DNA of 64,000 nt from Dicyema japonicum. Taxonomy: Eukaryota; Animalia; Dicyemida. Of the stretch, positions 37,317-50,734 are shown in pieces. The stretch spans positions 1-64,000 of the forward strand of contig RDEW01000095.1 of the NCBI GenBank assembly GCA_011109175.1, written 5' to 3'. Positions within the stretch are counted from its first letter, which is position 1. Every line of letters begins with the position of its first letter. A program made the translations under genes and the position numbers. The notes under the pieces are model-generated. The model saw nothing but the letters and a program-made list of their open reading frames with translations, was not told the DNA's origin and did no database searches.

Positions 37317-38301
37317 ATGAGTCTGCTAGACAAGTAAAGAGACTAATAATCTTAGACAAATTGAGAAACTCAGTAATTGTGAGATAATAAGTGAGGGGGA
37401 AGTAAAGGAATTGTGCTCAAAGGCAAAGGAAATATTAATAGAAGAGGGAAACGTTCACTCAATACAAAGTCCTGTAATACTATGTGGAGATATTCACGGA
37501 CAATTTCACGACTTGAAGGAGTTATTTACTGTTGGTGGACATCCTCCATTCAGAAACTATCTGTTCATGGGGGACTTTGTCGATCGGGGGTATAACAGTG
37601 TGGAAACATTTCTCTTTCTTTTGGCTCTCAAGGTAATATAGTGTGAGAATGGTAGGTGCGATACCCCGATAGAGTGACGCTAATTAGAGGTAACCATGAG
37701 AGCAGGCAGATCACCCAAGTCTATGGATTCTATGACGAATGCTTGAGGAAGTACGGGACTATCTCGGTGTGGAGATATTGTACTGATCTCTTTGACTTTC
37801 TTACTCTGTCAGTTCTGATTGATGATAAAGTGAGCTTTTTGTGTAACTCAGATATTCTGTGTGCATGGAGGACTCTCACCGGGCATTAAGTCAATTGATG
37901 AAATACGGATTGTTGATAGAAAACATGAAATCCCCAACAGTGGTCCAATGAGCGACCTGTTGTGGTCGGATCCTGAGGAAACTCTTACTGGATGGGGAGT
38001 CAGTCCACGTGGGGCTGGGTTTCTGTTCGGAAGTGAGGTCACCAAGCAGTTTAATAGCACTAATGGCTTGGAGTTGATATGCAGAGCCCATCAGTTGGTC
38101 ATGGAGGGCTTTAAGTGGCATTTTAATGAATCACTGGTCACTGTGTGGTCCGCACCTAATTATTGCTTTCGATGTGGCAATGTTGCCTCTATCCTCGTTT
38201 TGGATGAACAGAGGAATAAAATGTTTAAGGTCTTCAAAGCGGCTGACTATGACAACAAGACGACTGTCTCTGGTCTCCCTCAACCTGAATATTTTATTTA
38301 A
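37317..38301 (+). CDS. PPP4C: Ser/Thr protein phosphatase 4 catalytic subunit; introns 22, 23, 22 nt
   Basis: [52 protein letters not shown]-terminal EYFI*. Confidence 0.9.
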
Positions 38302-38369
38302 TTTTTGTAATTTTAAAATAAATCCTTTTTATTGATTAATTTTTTTATTAATTAATTTGATGTTATTAC

Positions 38370-40519
38370 ATGCCTACTGTTGAGTTTACTCGCAAATTGG
38401 CCGACAATCAGTCACTTTTGTTCAAAAAATCTCTGGTTTGTGTGGATTACTAAGGAATAGGACAAAGGGGATTTCGTGGATGCCATCATACATGCAGCTT
38501 TGATGTTAAACTCTCTTGGTGATATAACTGATCCAGAACATTATGAAGAAATGGGTGAGTGTAGTTGTTTATAAAAGAATCGAGATGTGCGGAGGAAATG
38601 TCATATTTGTCAAAGTGGATTAAAATGAACAAAGTGGAGTTACTCTACGAAATAGTTCAGTACGTTCCTGGGGGATACGCTCGCATGTATTTGATGTGGG
38701 CAGCTTCTGGGGATGATCCTGCTTATTTGGAGGACATACAAGATATGGCGACTGCCATTCAACATCCTCTTCATGGATTTTACTTTCGAATGCGGGTTGG
38801 TGAACCTTCTCTCGTCAAATTTGGATGGCTTAATATATTGTGGGTCAGAATACAATTCCAGTTTCCTTATAGAGACAAATATAAGCAAATACGCTCGAAA
38901 TTGCTCCCTCAAATACAAAATGTGTTACAAACTTTGGTTCAATCTCCCGATTCCATAATACCTCTTCTCAAACACGCCGTCATGTCTCAGGATTCCCTCT
39001 CACAAACCACAATCGCCCTTTCGATTTCAAGGCTCTCCCCTTTCGTCCATCAACATTCCAGAGAATTTCTTTCTTCCTTGTCCAAATTTATAGCTAACAT
39101 AATGCCTATACTTAACGCCTTCTTCCACTCAATTGAGGAGTATTTGTTCAACAATCATGACCCCAAAGTATTTAAAGATTGTTTTGACGGCACGTGTGAA
39201 TTATTTGTTATTCTTTTTTCATATTTAGAATACCACATCTTCGAGCACACAAATTCTCAAAATCTGTACCCTCTTTTCTACAATTTGTCCCAATTACGTC
39301 ACATTCGATAATGTATGTCATCTATTGAGGCTGTTGAATGATAGAATAAAGGAGTTGTTTTTAATCTGACGTAATAGTCCATCCATGGAAGAATCTCAGC
39401 AGATACTACAATTTCTGATTAAAATCGTCGGTTTGTCACCAAATTTGTCCTTCTCATCAGGAATGAGTGTTTCTACGCTTATCTACCATTATTGTGTCGG
39501 ATAAGCAGACTTTGATGTCTCAGATTGCGAGAAATATCATTCCTGACCAGAATGTAAGCCATATATTGATTTATCTCAGTTCATTCCGTTATTTTCATAT
39601 CTTTCGTCGAATATGGAAGAATGTTCAGAGGAGTATATCCAATCTTTGGCTTTACTCATTCATTCAGTGTCCCCTGTACAAGATGATTACCTTGAGGTTT
39701 ATCAGCGATGTCATGTTTCAAGATTATGGACTCTGTTTATGCGATAGTTAAGAACAAGTGTATTTCTCTTGTACCAGTAATCATTCACAAATGGATATTG
39801 TACTGCTATTCTGTAATATTTTTACAATATCCAGAATGAGTGCTCTCAAGGATTGATGGATGCTGTATTGGAGGCACTTAATGTCTTGCAACAGTCAGAT
39901 TATGTCTTTATGTGTGCTAATCTAGCAATGCTGGCTCTACTCTGCTTTGATCAGACTGACGATGACTTCCAAACTGCTGAGAAGCTATTCGAAATAGTTG
40001 AAAAGTCAATATACAACGTGGAAGCCAAGTCCCGTCTTCATATATTTCTGAGTGTAGTATCTACCCTCACATATATAAAGAATATTCCAATTGAAGTAGC
40101 TTGTAGTGTGATTTCAGACGTTTGCAACCAGAATGACTGCCCTAACAATCGATTTGGACGAATCAGAGCAATCAACCGCTATAATGGCTTGTTGTCGACT
40201 TTATATGGAAGTGAGTGTGTCGTAATGTGTAGTCTTCCCCTAAAAAGATGATGAGTTGTGTGAAGAAAGCGTTGAAGGTTGCGGGCCACTGCAGTGGCAC
40301 GAATGAACAATGCCGCTTTATGTTGGATGTCGTAAACCATATTATTTATTTCCGAGATGGAGATATTCTCAATGTTGTCATTCATGATTATTCCAGGTTA
40401 ATTATGAGATTGTGGAAGAATGCATAAGCAGAGTGGAGTCCAAGTTGGAGAATACTAAGGATGATGACTTGATGAGATATTTTACTAATCTGAGTACTGC
40501 TATTAGCCAGTGGAATTAA
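38370..40519 (+). CDS. VPS35: Divergent retromer subunit VPS35-like; multi-exon, central exon structure not fully resolved
   Basis: N-terminus ..KKSLDKGDFVDAIIHAALML, LYEIVQY..ARMYL, IQHPLHGFYFR, LNILWVRIQ match conserved VPS35 blocks. Confidence 0.65.
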
Positions 40520-40989
40520 TATTTTTTAATATAGTGATTTTATTATTTTAATTTTTTGCGGATAATATTGTGTTAATAATTTCGAATTTTATTTTTTAAT
40601 TTCATGTGATTAATTTTTTTAATAATTTTTATTTTTTTAATTTCATGTGATTAATTTTTTAATAAGTAGTAGATCTCTGGGCGGCCTGTCTTAGCGGCGC
40701 GTCGTTTTTTTATGGTTGACAGTTTCCTACATGTTAGCGATCCGTGTTTAATAATTTTGAACTCAGGAAAATCTGCGACATTAGGGACTGCCAACTTTAG
40801 CGGTCCTTGACTAGGTAGCTTACTGCTTTGGATGTCCTGTCATTTCTCCTTCCATGTTCTACTAGATTTGCTTCATGCTATTCACCTGTCCCAAATGACG
40901 CCCAGTGGTACCAAAAAAACATTTGTCTACTTCCACTTTACTGGATAGTTTCTCATAACTGTTAAATTTTATTGAAGAAAGAAAATAGA

Positions 40990-42270
40990 GTAAACGGTTA
41001 TATAGAGGCCATGATGCGTGGCTATTCCCTCTCAGGATACGCTCAGGATAGCGAGCGAGATTCGCTCAAATAACCAGCAGCGCTCACGAGGGTCTCCTTT
41101 TCGTGTAGCGATCCGATTTCCTAGACGACTCAAGAATTCCAGCGTCGCAGCGCAAGGGAACTAGACGTCTAAACGGCGAGTGGAACAAACAAAAAATCCT
41201 TGGGTAGGACCGCGTACTTTTCCCGTTTCATCTTCTCGGCCTTCTCAGCGGCAGAACAGGCTCCAGAGGCACTCTGGAATAGGTTGCAAGAGGCAAATGT
41301 GTCGGTGCAGGTAACGTACCTGACAAGAGGTTTCCCGGCTTCAAAAGGGAAGATGGTCATCCCATCTGGTCGTTTCCCGTCTCAAAGACCGACAGGTTCG
41401 AGCATGGAGGGGTGTCCAACGGCGTCCAAAGCTCTCCTAATGACTTCGTTCAAGGCCATGTGTCTGGGAAATCTGCCTGTCTCTTCCTGCAGGAGAGAAG
41501 GTGTTGGCCAAAACAGTCGATTCTGTATCCACATCGGCACGAATGTGGAATACAGACTTTTAATCCCAGTCGCAATGAGATCCCAATACGGACGAATTCA
41601 TCATCCAGGAAGGTACCCAGAACTCCATTGGGAATGGCGTTGAGACAGGTACCGCTCTCGGGAGACGACCCCAGACAACAAACAGGCACGGCGATGTTGG
41701 CTAGATAACACTAGCAAATCTTTGAAAGAATTCCAGGGAGTTATAGGCCACTAGCGATGATAGACATGAAGGGAGAGAAAGGTCCATAGGGTTCCGAATT
41801 TCAAGTTCTCCGAGACTCACTGGCAGCGTGGCTTGCTTCCATGAGTAATTCTCGAACTGGACGTTGAAGATACGTTCCGCTGTCGTACGGAAGATCTCGT
41901 TAATCTGTGCGAGTTGGTCATACAGGGTGAAATAGAGAGCAGTCCTCAGGACATATGCAAGGCTCTGTACATTGAGACTGTTTTTTTCAGGAGGAATAAT
42001 GCTGTATGCATGTCAATAGACACAAGCGGTTCAGAGTCTCTCTGAGGAACAGTCGTTTTTTCACGTATAGCTTTTCCCATTGCATTTATGATGATCGGGG
42101 ATCCGAGGAATATAAGTTCTTCATCGAGCGTGGAAATACTTCCAGGCAGTAAATTTCCGAAACATGACAAAGCTTTTGAATACTTCTCTTCTGAAAGTCC
42201 GCAATTGTAGATTTCTCATAACTGGAAAGAATGGCTGATTCTGGAAGGACTTGCGTGTTATTGCGTGGAA
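40990..42270 (-). mobile_element. CRE-clade non-LTR element, longest copy in the window, decayed
   Basis: [71 protein letters not shown]. Confidence 0.85.
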
Positions 42271-42394
42271 GATCTTTGCTTCTGCGACTATGGATACATT
42301 TAATCAGTCGCTAACTATTTTCTTTCTTGATGTATCCGGGATTTATTTAATTTACTTATTAACTCCAGGCTTACAATCTATTGTTAGCCAAAGC

Positions 42395-42790
42395 ACAGTC
42401 ACAACTAATTAATCGAAGGAAGGTATCCAAGGGAGAACGTCTGCTTTTGCCAACCAAGTCTATCTTCCAATAGTTCAATACAGGTTTCCAAAGAGAAGTG
42501 GAGAAGTAGGTGTGCCTTCTACCATCTTCGTCGCACGTCCTACTGTCGCTGACATCATTTAATTCCTTAGCGGAAGAGTTTTCACAATGGTTATCTTCAC
42601 CCAGTGGATTTGGTCAGGGAGAAGGTAGGAAGATCCCTTTCAATAACTGTGTCGTGTCAGAAGGACTCGTTTCTTCACGAATAGGATCTATTTGATGAGA
42701 ATTGCCCTTAGATGAAAACTCCATTTTGATGATTCGAACCCACGACTATCAGATCCGATGTCATCAGACGTTACGTTCACCGGGGATTAA
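42395..42790 (-). mobile_element. SINE-like element (tRNA-like head; family shared with 62820-63050)
   Basis: Minus-strand head ends GTGGGTTCGAATC; body aligns with 62826-63050; tail TTAATTAGTTGTG. Confidence 0.55.
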
Positions 42791-43029
42791 TAAATAAATT
42801 TATCTTTGATAATGACGTATTGGACTCATACTCATTAATATGCTCTAATGACATTAGAGTTATTTTTAAAATTCATTCCATATTTCATACTAAAAGTGTT
42901 GGCCTACAAAAATTTTCCTGGCAATGCCTTTGAATGTAATTTGATCGTCAGAGCTGGTAAATTTCTGTAGTTTGGTGGCTGTTGACTGGACTCTCTGATC
43001 TTCTTTAGATTCGTTTGTGAAGATGAAAT

Positions 43030-43640
43030 TATTATTATTAAAAGTACTCCCAAGAAAACATAAATTAGTTAAGTTTCCCTTGTGCCGTATTCCTAATCAT
43101 CCTCTCCGTCAACCTCGACCATGATCCTCTGTTGCGCGCTAGTTCTCTTAGGTAGTCCAGATCGTCTGCCGAAGTTAGTCTCATACCAACCGCCGATAGG
43201 TCTTCGTTCAAGATAGTCGGAAGTGTCGTTCTTAGTCTTCCGCGAAATCCGGCTGCTGTGTGTGCGAAGTAGTTGACCATTGCGAAATTTGAGGGGACCT
43301 GGTCATTTAGACGTCTTGATTGAAAATATCATCTGACAGCACGCCGTATTTGCATTTATTATAAAGGTTTGCATCAGAGATCTTCATAGGCCAGTTAATC
43401 TTGATTACCGATTTGAGCTGAGCTCTGTGGAAAGAGTCAAGACGGTCCATTTCTTGTTTAGAGATTCCCCAAATCCAAGAGTTGTAGGTTAATACCGGGA
43501 TGACAAAAGCTTTGATATTCTAACCTGGTGTTTAGTTCTATCCTCTTTTTGTGGATAGGTCGCATATCAGTTGGTATTTTTTTGAGGTTGTTTAAGTCCT
43601 CTGCAATTGAAAGTTTAGGGAGTGAACGGAGAAGTCGGTA
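43030..43640 (-). mobile_element. RTE-clade LINE 3' fragment
   Basis: RGRLRTTLPTILNEDL..LDYLRELARNRGSWSRL; (TAA)n tail. Confidence 0.75.
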
Positions 43641-44135
43641 AAGAATGCGAATAAAACAGTGCAATAGAGATGTTGTCACCAAAAATTTGATGAAATGATT
43701 GACAATCAAAAATTTATTAATGAATCAAATCTTAATTGAAGAAACAATAGATATCGTCGAGCCCTGGTGGTTAAGGCAAAGAGATCCAGAACTACTCTCC
43801 CAGCCAGAGACGGATGATGTCCACATCGTAAACGAGAAAGTTCCACTCTGACGGCCTTCGGAAGAAGCAGTTCGGAAGTGCTAGGGTAACTAAAGTTCAG
43901 AATTAAAGATTTATTGTTCAGTCAATTAGATTTTTATTTTTGATTTAAAAAAGTGACGTAAAATATTAATTGATTTCTCTTTGGTCAATAAAATATCTGC
44001 AAACTTTTTTCTTGCTCATACTCAATCACCCACGTGCATTTTTTAAATCACAGAGGAAATACATTCTGCGGTATTATATCAATAATAGCGCTAACCCAAG
44101 CCACATAAATTGCAATTGCAGGACTAGAAAGCGAC

Positions 44136-46459
44136 ATGTTTGAAGTAAGCATTAAGTCGTAGTCTAGTTTCTCAAAAGACGTATTCGCCCGTTAAAGAAG
44201 AAGCTTGATTTGCCAGAACAAAACTGGGAATCCATCAAAGAATATTGTGAAGAAAATGAAACACTGTTTGAGGACCCAGAATTCCCAGCAGAAGATTCGT
44301 CAATTTTTTATGACAAGCCAGTACCGGGAACAGTGGAGTGGGTCCGACCAACGGTATCAGTATGAAAATTATTATAGGAACTTGTCGATAATCCACTATT
44401 TATTGCCGACGATGCCTCTCGTTTTGATATTGTGCAGGGATCATTGGGTCAGTAATATTGAATGACATAAATAGGTGACTGCTGGCTGTTGGCGGCTGTA
44501 GCTTCGCTTACAACTGAAAAAAAATTGTTCGCAAAAGTCGTACCAATGAATCAGACTTTTGAAGGATCGGAATATTTTGGGGCTTTTAAATTTATGTTTT
44601 GGCATTTCGGAAAGTTTAAAGAAGTCATCGTGGATGACCGACTTCCAATGATAGACGGGGAACTAATTTTCATGCATTCTGCAACTAATAATGAATTTTG
44701 GTCAGCTTTGTTTGAAAAGGCCTACGCAAAGTACTAATTTCCCAAGTTACAATAGAATGTGCGGTTGTTACCAAGCATTGGACGGTGGATCTGCAGCTGA
44801 GGCTCTAATTGACTTCACAGGAGGCATTGGAGAGCGATTCATTCTTTCTGAAGCACCGTCCAATTTATTTTCACTGCTTCATGATGCTTCCAAACGCGGT
44901 TCCCTCATGTCATGTGCTATAATAGTGATGAATTCTAATTTACTGTAGGGAAATACTCTCGAAGGACGACTTTCAAATGGCTTGGTGGTCTTGCACGCAT
45001 ATTCTTTGACAGGACTTAGAAAAGTACATAGAGACTAACCATGCTAGGTTACTATTTCTAAACTGGGGATGAATGTTCAATTATTGCGAATAAGAAATCC
45101 CTGGGGAGAAGTCGAATGGAATGGGTCTTGGAGTGACAATTCCAGAGAATGGGAGTTGGTTTCGGAAGAAGAAAAGGAAGAGCTTGACCTTACATATAAA
45201 AATGATGGGGAATTTTGGTATTCTAAGAAAATGATGTAATAGGATGGATTGGAGGGATTTCTCTTCCAACTATTCTATCGTTGAAGTGTGCAACCTCCAC
45301 CCAGACTCTGTCACCGACTCTGACATAGATAACTGGAAATTGACTCAATTCGAGGGATCGTGGGTTAAATTTGTCAGTGCTGGAGGAAATTTAAGATCCA
45401 GTTCGTTGATGTTGATAATTATTAGGATCATTTAGTTCAAATCCCACATTTACTTTCGAAATTGAAAAAACTGAGGAGTATACGACGGAAGTCCTCATTT
45501 CAGTCTCCCAAAAAGACCGCAGAAGGCTGTTCTCTCAAGGAAAATCAATGTTACCGATTGCCTTCCACGTATTTGAAGTATCTCTTAAATCATGAAATTT
45601 TCAAGAATGATGGGGGAAGATTGACAATGGTGGGGAATTCAGGCCCGTACACAAATAAGAGAGACATCTCAAAGAGGTTTGAATTACGAGCTGGGAAGTA
45701 TTCTATCATTGTGTCCACATACGAGACCAATCTTCAAGGAGAATTCTTGGTTAGAATATTCAGCGAGGCTGAGACCAGAGAAAGTGAGGAGGAAGTCGAA
45801 GAAGTGGTGAGTCATATGGTTAAAAAAATAAGGAATACAAGGAAAGTGAAGACGAAGATTTGGAAAGTATATTCAGAGATGCAGCGGGAGATGACATGGA
45901 GCTCAACACTTCAGACTTGAATAAACTGTTAAATAGTATTTTTATTATGTCTACCAAAGACTATGATAACTTTTCACGGGGGAACACAGCCCATCTGATA
46001 TCACTCTACGATGTATTCCTAAATAATAAAATAATAGACCGACGGAAGCGGATGCCTAGGATTTGATGAATTCAGGGACCTTTGGGGAAGGATAAAGCAA
46101 GCAAAAGTATCAAATTTACGCAATTCATAGGAAATCTTCAAAAGTGCTGACGCTGACGACACTGGATCGTTATCCACCTTTGAACTGAAAGGAGCTATTC
46201 GTCGAGCAGGTATTATTAGTAGTCAGTTGATAGGATATGTGGTCAGAAATAAAACTGTGATGTCCCTAGTACTAAAACACTCTGACGAAGACGGGACAAT
46301 GAGTTTCGATGATTTTGTCGTGTGCATTGTCAAATTGTCGCGGACTTCAGGTGAGCCCATTAAATAACCAATAAAGAAATATTCAAGAAGCAATCAGGAG
46401 GTCAGAGAATTGCAAGATTCGCATTGACTCAGTTCATCGAGGACGTTTGCTCATTATAA
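44136..46459 (+). CDS. Classical calpain (CysPc, C2-like and penta-EF-hand domains), ~14 micro-introns
   Basis: QGSLGDCW (Cys), LHAYS (His), RNPWG (Asn), EFWSALFEKAYAK, EF-hand loops DTDGSG and DADDTG; all exons join in frame. Confidence 0.93.
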
Positions 46460-46633
46460 TCTAACTAATTATTATTTTTTCTAACAAAATTAATAAATAT
46501 TCTCAATATTTTTTTGAAATTATCAATTAGTTGTAATTTAATTTAATTAATTATATGGCCGCCATATCGACAGTGGTTAGATTATTTAGAGAATATAGTA
46601 GGCGTGGTAACGGGGTTTTTTTACAAGTTAGAA

Positions 46634-48432
46634 ATGTCTTCCAGCCTGATTGGAGCTATTGATCAAGGAACATCCAGCACAAAGTTTATGGTTGAATTAA
46701 TATGATTCTATGTTAGGTATTTGACTCTTCCACTTGGAAATGTGTTTCTTCCTACCAGCAGACTGTACGGTGTTTTAGTCCCCAAGAAGGGTCATTTTTA
46801 TTATTACTGCAGGTGGAATGAACAGGATCCCTACGAAATACTTGATAGTGTACTCCAATGCATGAATAAAGTCAGGGATCAAATACGTGATTTAAAATAC
46901 AAATCAATTCAAGCCATTGGAATAAGTAATCAACGGGAGACTGTTTTGGCTTGGGAAAGAAACAATGGGAGACCACTTTCTAACGCAATTGGTCACATTG
47001 TTAATCATAACTTAGTATGGAGTGATTTAAGGACTAGTGGGCTTATTGAAGATTATATTCGGAAATATAACATTGATGCTATTAAAGACACGTGTGGGTT
47101 ACCTCTTTCCCCATATTTTACAGCTGGGAAGATCAGGTGGTTGATAGATAATGTATCTGATGTGAGAAACTCTTTTGAGTTTGGAAATTGTTGCTTTGGA
47201 ACAATTGACACGTGGCTTCTTTGGGTGAGTTAGTTTCATTATTTTTTCAGAATCTTACTTGCGGGAGCTCTTATATGACTGATGTCACTAATGCTAGCAG
47301 AACCATGCTTTTTAACTTGAAGACTCTGAAATGGGACTCTGAACTCTGTCGCTTCTTTTCCCTGCCTCCTCCAAGTGACTGGCTTCCAAAAATATGCCCG
47401 TCGTCCCACAATTATGGTTTAATAACGTTAAATGATTGTCCCTTTGGTGGAGTCCCCATAACAGCCGTAGTATATGTTTAACATACCAGATTTTGGGAGA
47501 TCAACAATCCGCTCTGTTTGGCCATCAGTGCTTCTCGAAAGGATCGGCCAAGAACACGTAATATTGTGCTTACTCTCAGCTATGGCACTGGATGTTTTAT
47601 GCTCAAGAATATAGGGGACACTGTAATATTAATATTGAAACTAACAGCCGGTCATTAATAAGTCAGGTTTAATCACAACAGTCGCGTATCAAGTGAGTGA
47701 AATGCCAGTTTATGCTCATGAAGTAGTTTTCTGTTATATCTCTAGGGATCTGTGGCTGCTGCAGGAAGTGCTATTAATTGGGTGAGAGATAATTTGAAGT
47801 TATTTTCAAATTTTGACGAATTTGGTATTTTGGTAAGAGTAATGATAGATTGTATGACAAAACAGCTAAGTGACTCTGGACTTGTCTGTTTTGTACCTGC
47901 CTTTTCAGGACTGTACTGTCCACATTGGGATAGCTCGGCAAGGGGGTTGACTTTATTGATTATGCAGACTAATATGTGGACTTACTCAGTTCACTCATTC
48001 GGGACATATTATGCTGGCAGCCCTAGAGGCTATTGCCTTCCAGAATAAATTAGTCTTCGATGCAGAGGTGACTGTATATTGCAGTATTAAAGTGGGGAAA
48101 TGACGTCTCTGAATTAAGGGTGGATGGGGACTCTCAGCAAACTCTAGACTCATGCAACTGCAGGCAGACATACTTGGGATACCAATCAGTAAAACTTGTG
48201 ATTTGAATTTAGAACGGTTTGACTTTGGTGAGTTTACTGCCTTCGGATCTGCATTGGCGGCTGCGGTCACTGTTGGCTTGTTCTCGCCCTCAAAACCAGT
48301 CGAATCGTTAAACTTTACTACGTTTTATCCAACCTCTGACACAAACAGTATTTTCATGTAATTCATTAAGTTCAAACAAAATATAAATTATGGCTTGAAG
48401 CTGTTGAAAAGTCACGAAATTCTGTCATTTAA
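46634..48432 (+). CDS. GK: Glycerol kinase, 13 micro-introns; 1-nt deletion near 48127
   Basis: IDQGTSST, SNQRETV, FGTIDTWLLW, TDVTNASRTML, GDQQSAL, KNTYGTGCF, VPAFSGLYCPHWD, LRVDG(G), MQLQAD. Confidence 0.93.
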
Positions 48433-48452
48433 CATGTGAATGTTTTAATTTT

Positions 48453-48595
48453 ACTTCGGCCGCGGAGTTTTTGATACTGACTTTTATTAAAAATAGATCA
48501 AACCAAAATTTAGGCTTTAAGATGGCAACACTCCCACTATGTGACCTTCGGCCGCGGAGTGTTTGATACTGAATCTTATTGAAATATAGAACAAT
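48453..48595 (+). repeat. Two imperfect ~45-bp direct repeats about 92 bp apart
   Basis: TTCGGCCGCGGAGT(T/G)TTTGATACTGA..TTATT.AAA.ATAGA at ~48456 and ~48548. Confidence 0.75.
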
Positions 48596-48944
48596 TTACA
48601 TAATCTGTGATGAAATATTTCATCCTCAGATTTTAAATTTTTTTGCTAAAGTCTGATTTTCATTCTTTGTTTAGGCGTAATATTGTTCAGCAATACATCT
48701 TGCGACTGAAATCTCTTAATTTCGTTAAGTTATTGTGTTGTCAGTTTATAGAAACCCACAAGAATAATTTATCTCGAGTGATTAATTATTTTTTTAAATA
48801 TAATACTTTTTAGTTTTTAATAACAATTCTAATAAATTTCCCTTATTTATTTTTTTGTAATTATTTTTTGGAGATAAGCTAGACATTCCTCCAACGGACG
48901 GTTACATTTAATATGTGAATATTTTAATTTTATTTTTAAATAAA

Positions 48945-49130
48945 TTTTGCACTGGAGTATAGGAGGCAGATCCCTGAGATGCCATATGGGCAGAAGGTTC
49001 AATTGGACAAGGCGCTCTCGGAGTTGTTTTAGCAGCCAGAATCGAAGCTGCTTGAGGAGGCAGGCGAGGAAGGTTGTTGATTATTAAATATATTAACTTT
49101 TTTATTGTTGGTTTAATAAAGTGGGTTCTA
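48945..49130 (+). mobile_element. R4/Dong-like 3' end fragment
   Basis: Aligns closely with 2750-2930 (LEYRRQ.PE.PY.QKVQLDKA.SELF). Confidence 0.85.
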
Positions 49131-49178
49131 ATTTTTAAATAAATTTTTATTAAGTTATAAATCTTTTTAATTTTTTAA

Positions 49179-49825
49179 ATGGAGGTGGTATTTAGTGGGG
49201 TTATTGATATTAGATTTGGAAACAGGGTGCGGAAAGTCGGTTGTATTTATCACAATTCTATGAAATTCCCTGTGTTATTAAGGAAAGATTTAAGCGGGAA
49301 TATCGGCAGCCTGCACTTGACTTGTATCTCACTCAACAGCGAATGCGAGCTGAAGTTCGTGCTTTAGTTAAATGCAAAGAAGCTGGGCTAAATACTCCTA
49401 CTGTTCTACACGTGGATATGATCAGAGGCCGAATTTATCTGCAACTTATATGTAATGGAGTTAGTCTTGCTGATTCTAACCTGACATGTGCCGTATTTTC
49501 TAAAGTTGGGTCTTCTTTGGCGATAATGCACAAAAACAACATAATTCACGGAGATTTGACTACTTCCAACATTCTGATTACTCATCAGCTTTCTGTGTAT
49601 TTGATCGACTTTGGTTTGGCTCACATTGACTCTGCTCTTGCTGAGGACAAGGCGGTTGACTTGTACGTGTTTGAAAGATCCCTTAAAACATCTCACTCGA
49701 ATGCTGACATCTTCTTCTCAGCCTTAATGTCCGCCTATATAAGCGAGTGGAGTGGGGGACAGCAAGTCAGTGATAAACTGGACGAGGTCAGAATGAGGGG
49801 ACGAAAGAGAGATGTTGTTGGATAA
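49179..49825 (+). CDS. TP53RK: EKC/KEOPS kinase TP53RK (Bud32), one micro-intron after codon 2 or 3
   Basis: KQGAE, KERF, RMRAEVRAL, IIHGDLTTSNIL, IDFGL, EDKAVDLYVFERSL, VRMRGRKRDVVG*. Confidence 0.93.
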
Positions 49826-50099
49826 CTTCCAACATAAACTTGTTTTTTTACCGTCGATTTAAATATTGTTTTATTGAATTAGTTGTATTAACATGAAAAT
49901 GATGTGTTCTTAAGGGAACTTTGAGATTAATGTTCCCCTCATTCTCGGGAACACTAGAGAGCCTAGTATAAATGATCCAAAAGGACAGAAACCATAAACT
50001 TTAAGAATTGATATTTAGCTAGTAATTATATCATCCCACTTCTAAGAGATGACCATTGTCAACGATCCTCCAAGTTTTGGAGTAGAGTAAAAACATTGA

Positions 50100-50460
50100 T
50101 GCATCGGCAATCATTTTTGCTAAGAAACTAGTGTATTGGATGTAACTGAATTTAGTCCGTCACCTGAGAAGAAGAACGAGTATCTAACTCCAACGGTAGA
50201 CAAGTTCACCAAGACAACAATCGTGAAAACTCTTCTAAGGAATGATCCAGTGGAACAGGTTAAATCGAATGTTCTTTTTTTGATTCCATTTTAGCAGTGA
50301 GTACCTTTTGAGACAAGTGGATAGATAACATGACACAACGATAATAAGGAACGAATAGAAGAAACTGAGTAAAGGATTTGAAAACCTTCAACCGAGTAGC
50401 CAACGAGATAAATCATCCTCGAAATGACAAAATTCCAAAAACCATGGTAACACAAGACTA
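50100..50460 (+). mobile_element. Gypsy-like integrase remnant
   Basis: LDVTEFSPS..EYL..VDKFTKTT pattern; very decayed. Confidence 0.35.
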
Positions 50461-50734
50461 AATACTCACATAATCACGACACTCTAACAGAGATCTCATT
50501 TTGGCACGATGCTCCCTTCGGTTCCAGACAACCACATATCGGCCGTATAACCAAATGATCGTAGTTACATGGACGGACCTTTCGCTTCTTACTGATTCCA
50601 GAGGCATTGGAGAGGAAACCTTCCCATAAGTCCATCGAGATCATTTTTATTGATATAAAAACCGAACCAATAAGGTACCTAGCCTTGATATACCGGGAAA
50701 AGGTTGAGTCAACTTTCAATTAAGGTATTTTATT

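Noticed and set aside
45940-45965. Apparent 24-nt intron in calpain (GTATTTTT..CAAAG)
   Set aside because: Read-through (LLNSIFIMSTKDYDNFS) matches homolog spacing better; counted as coding
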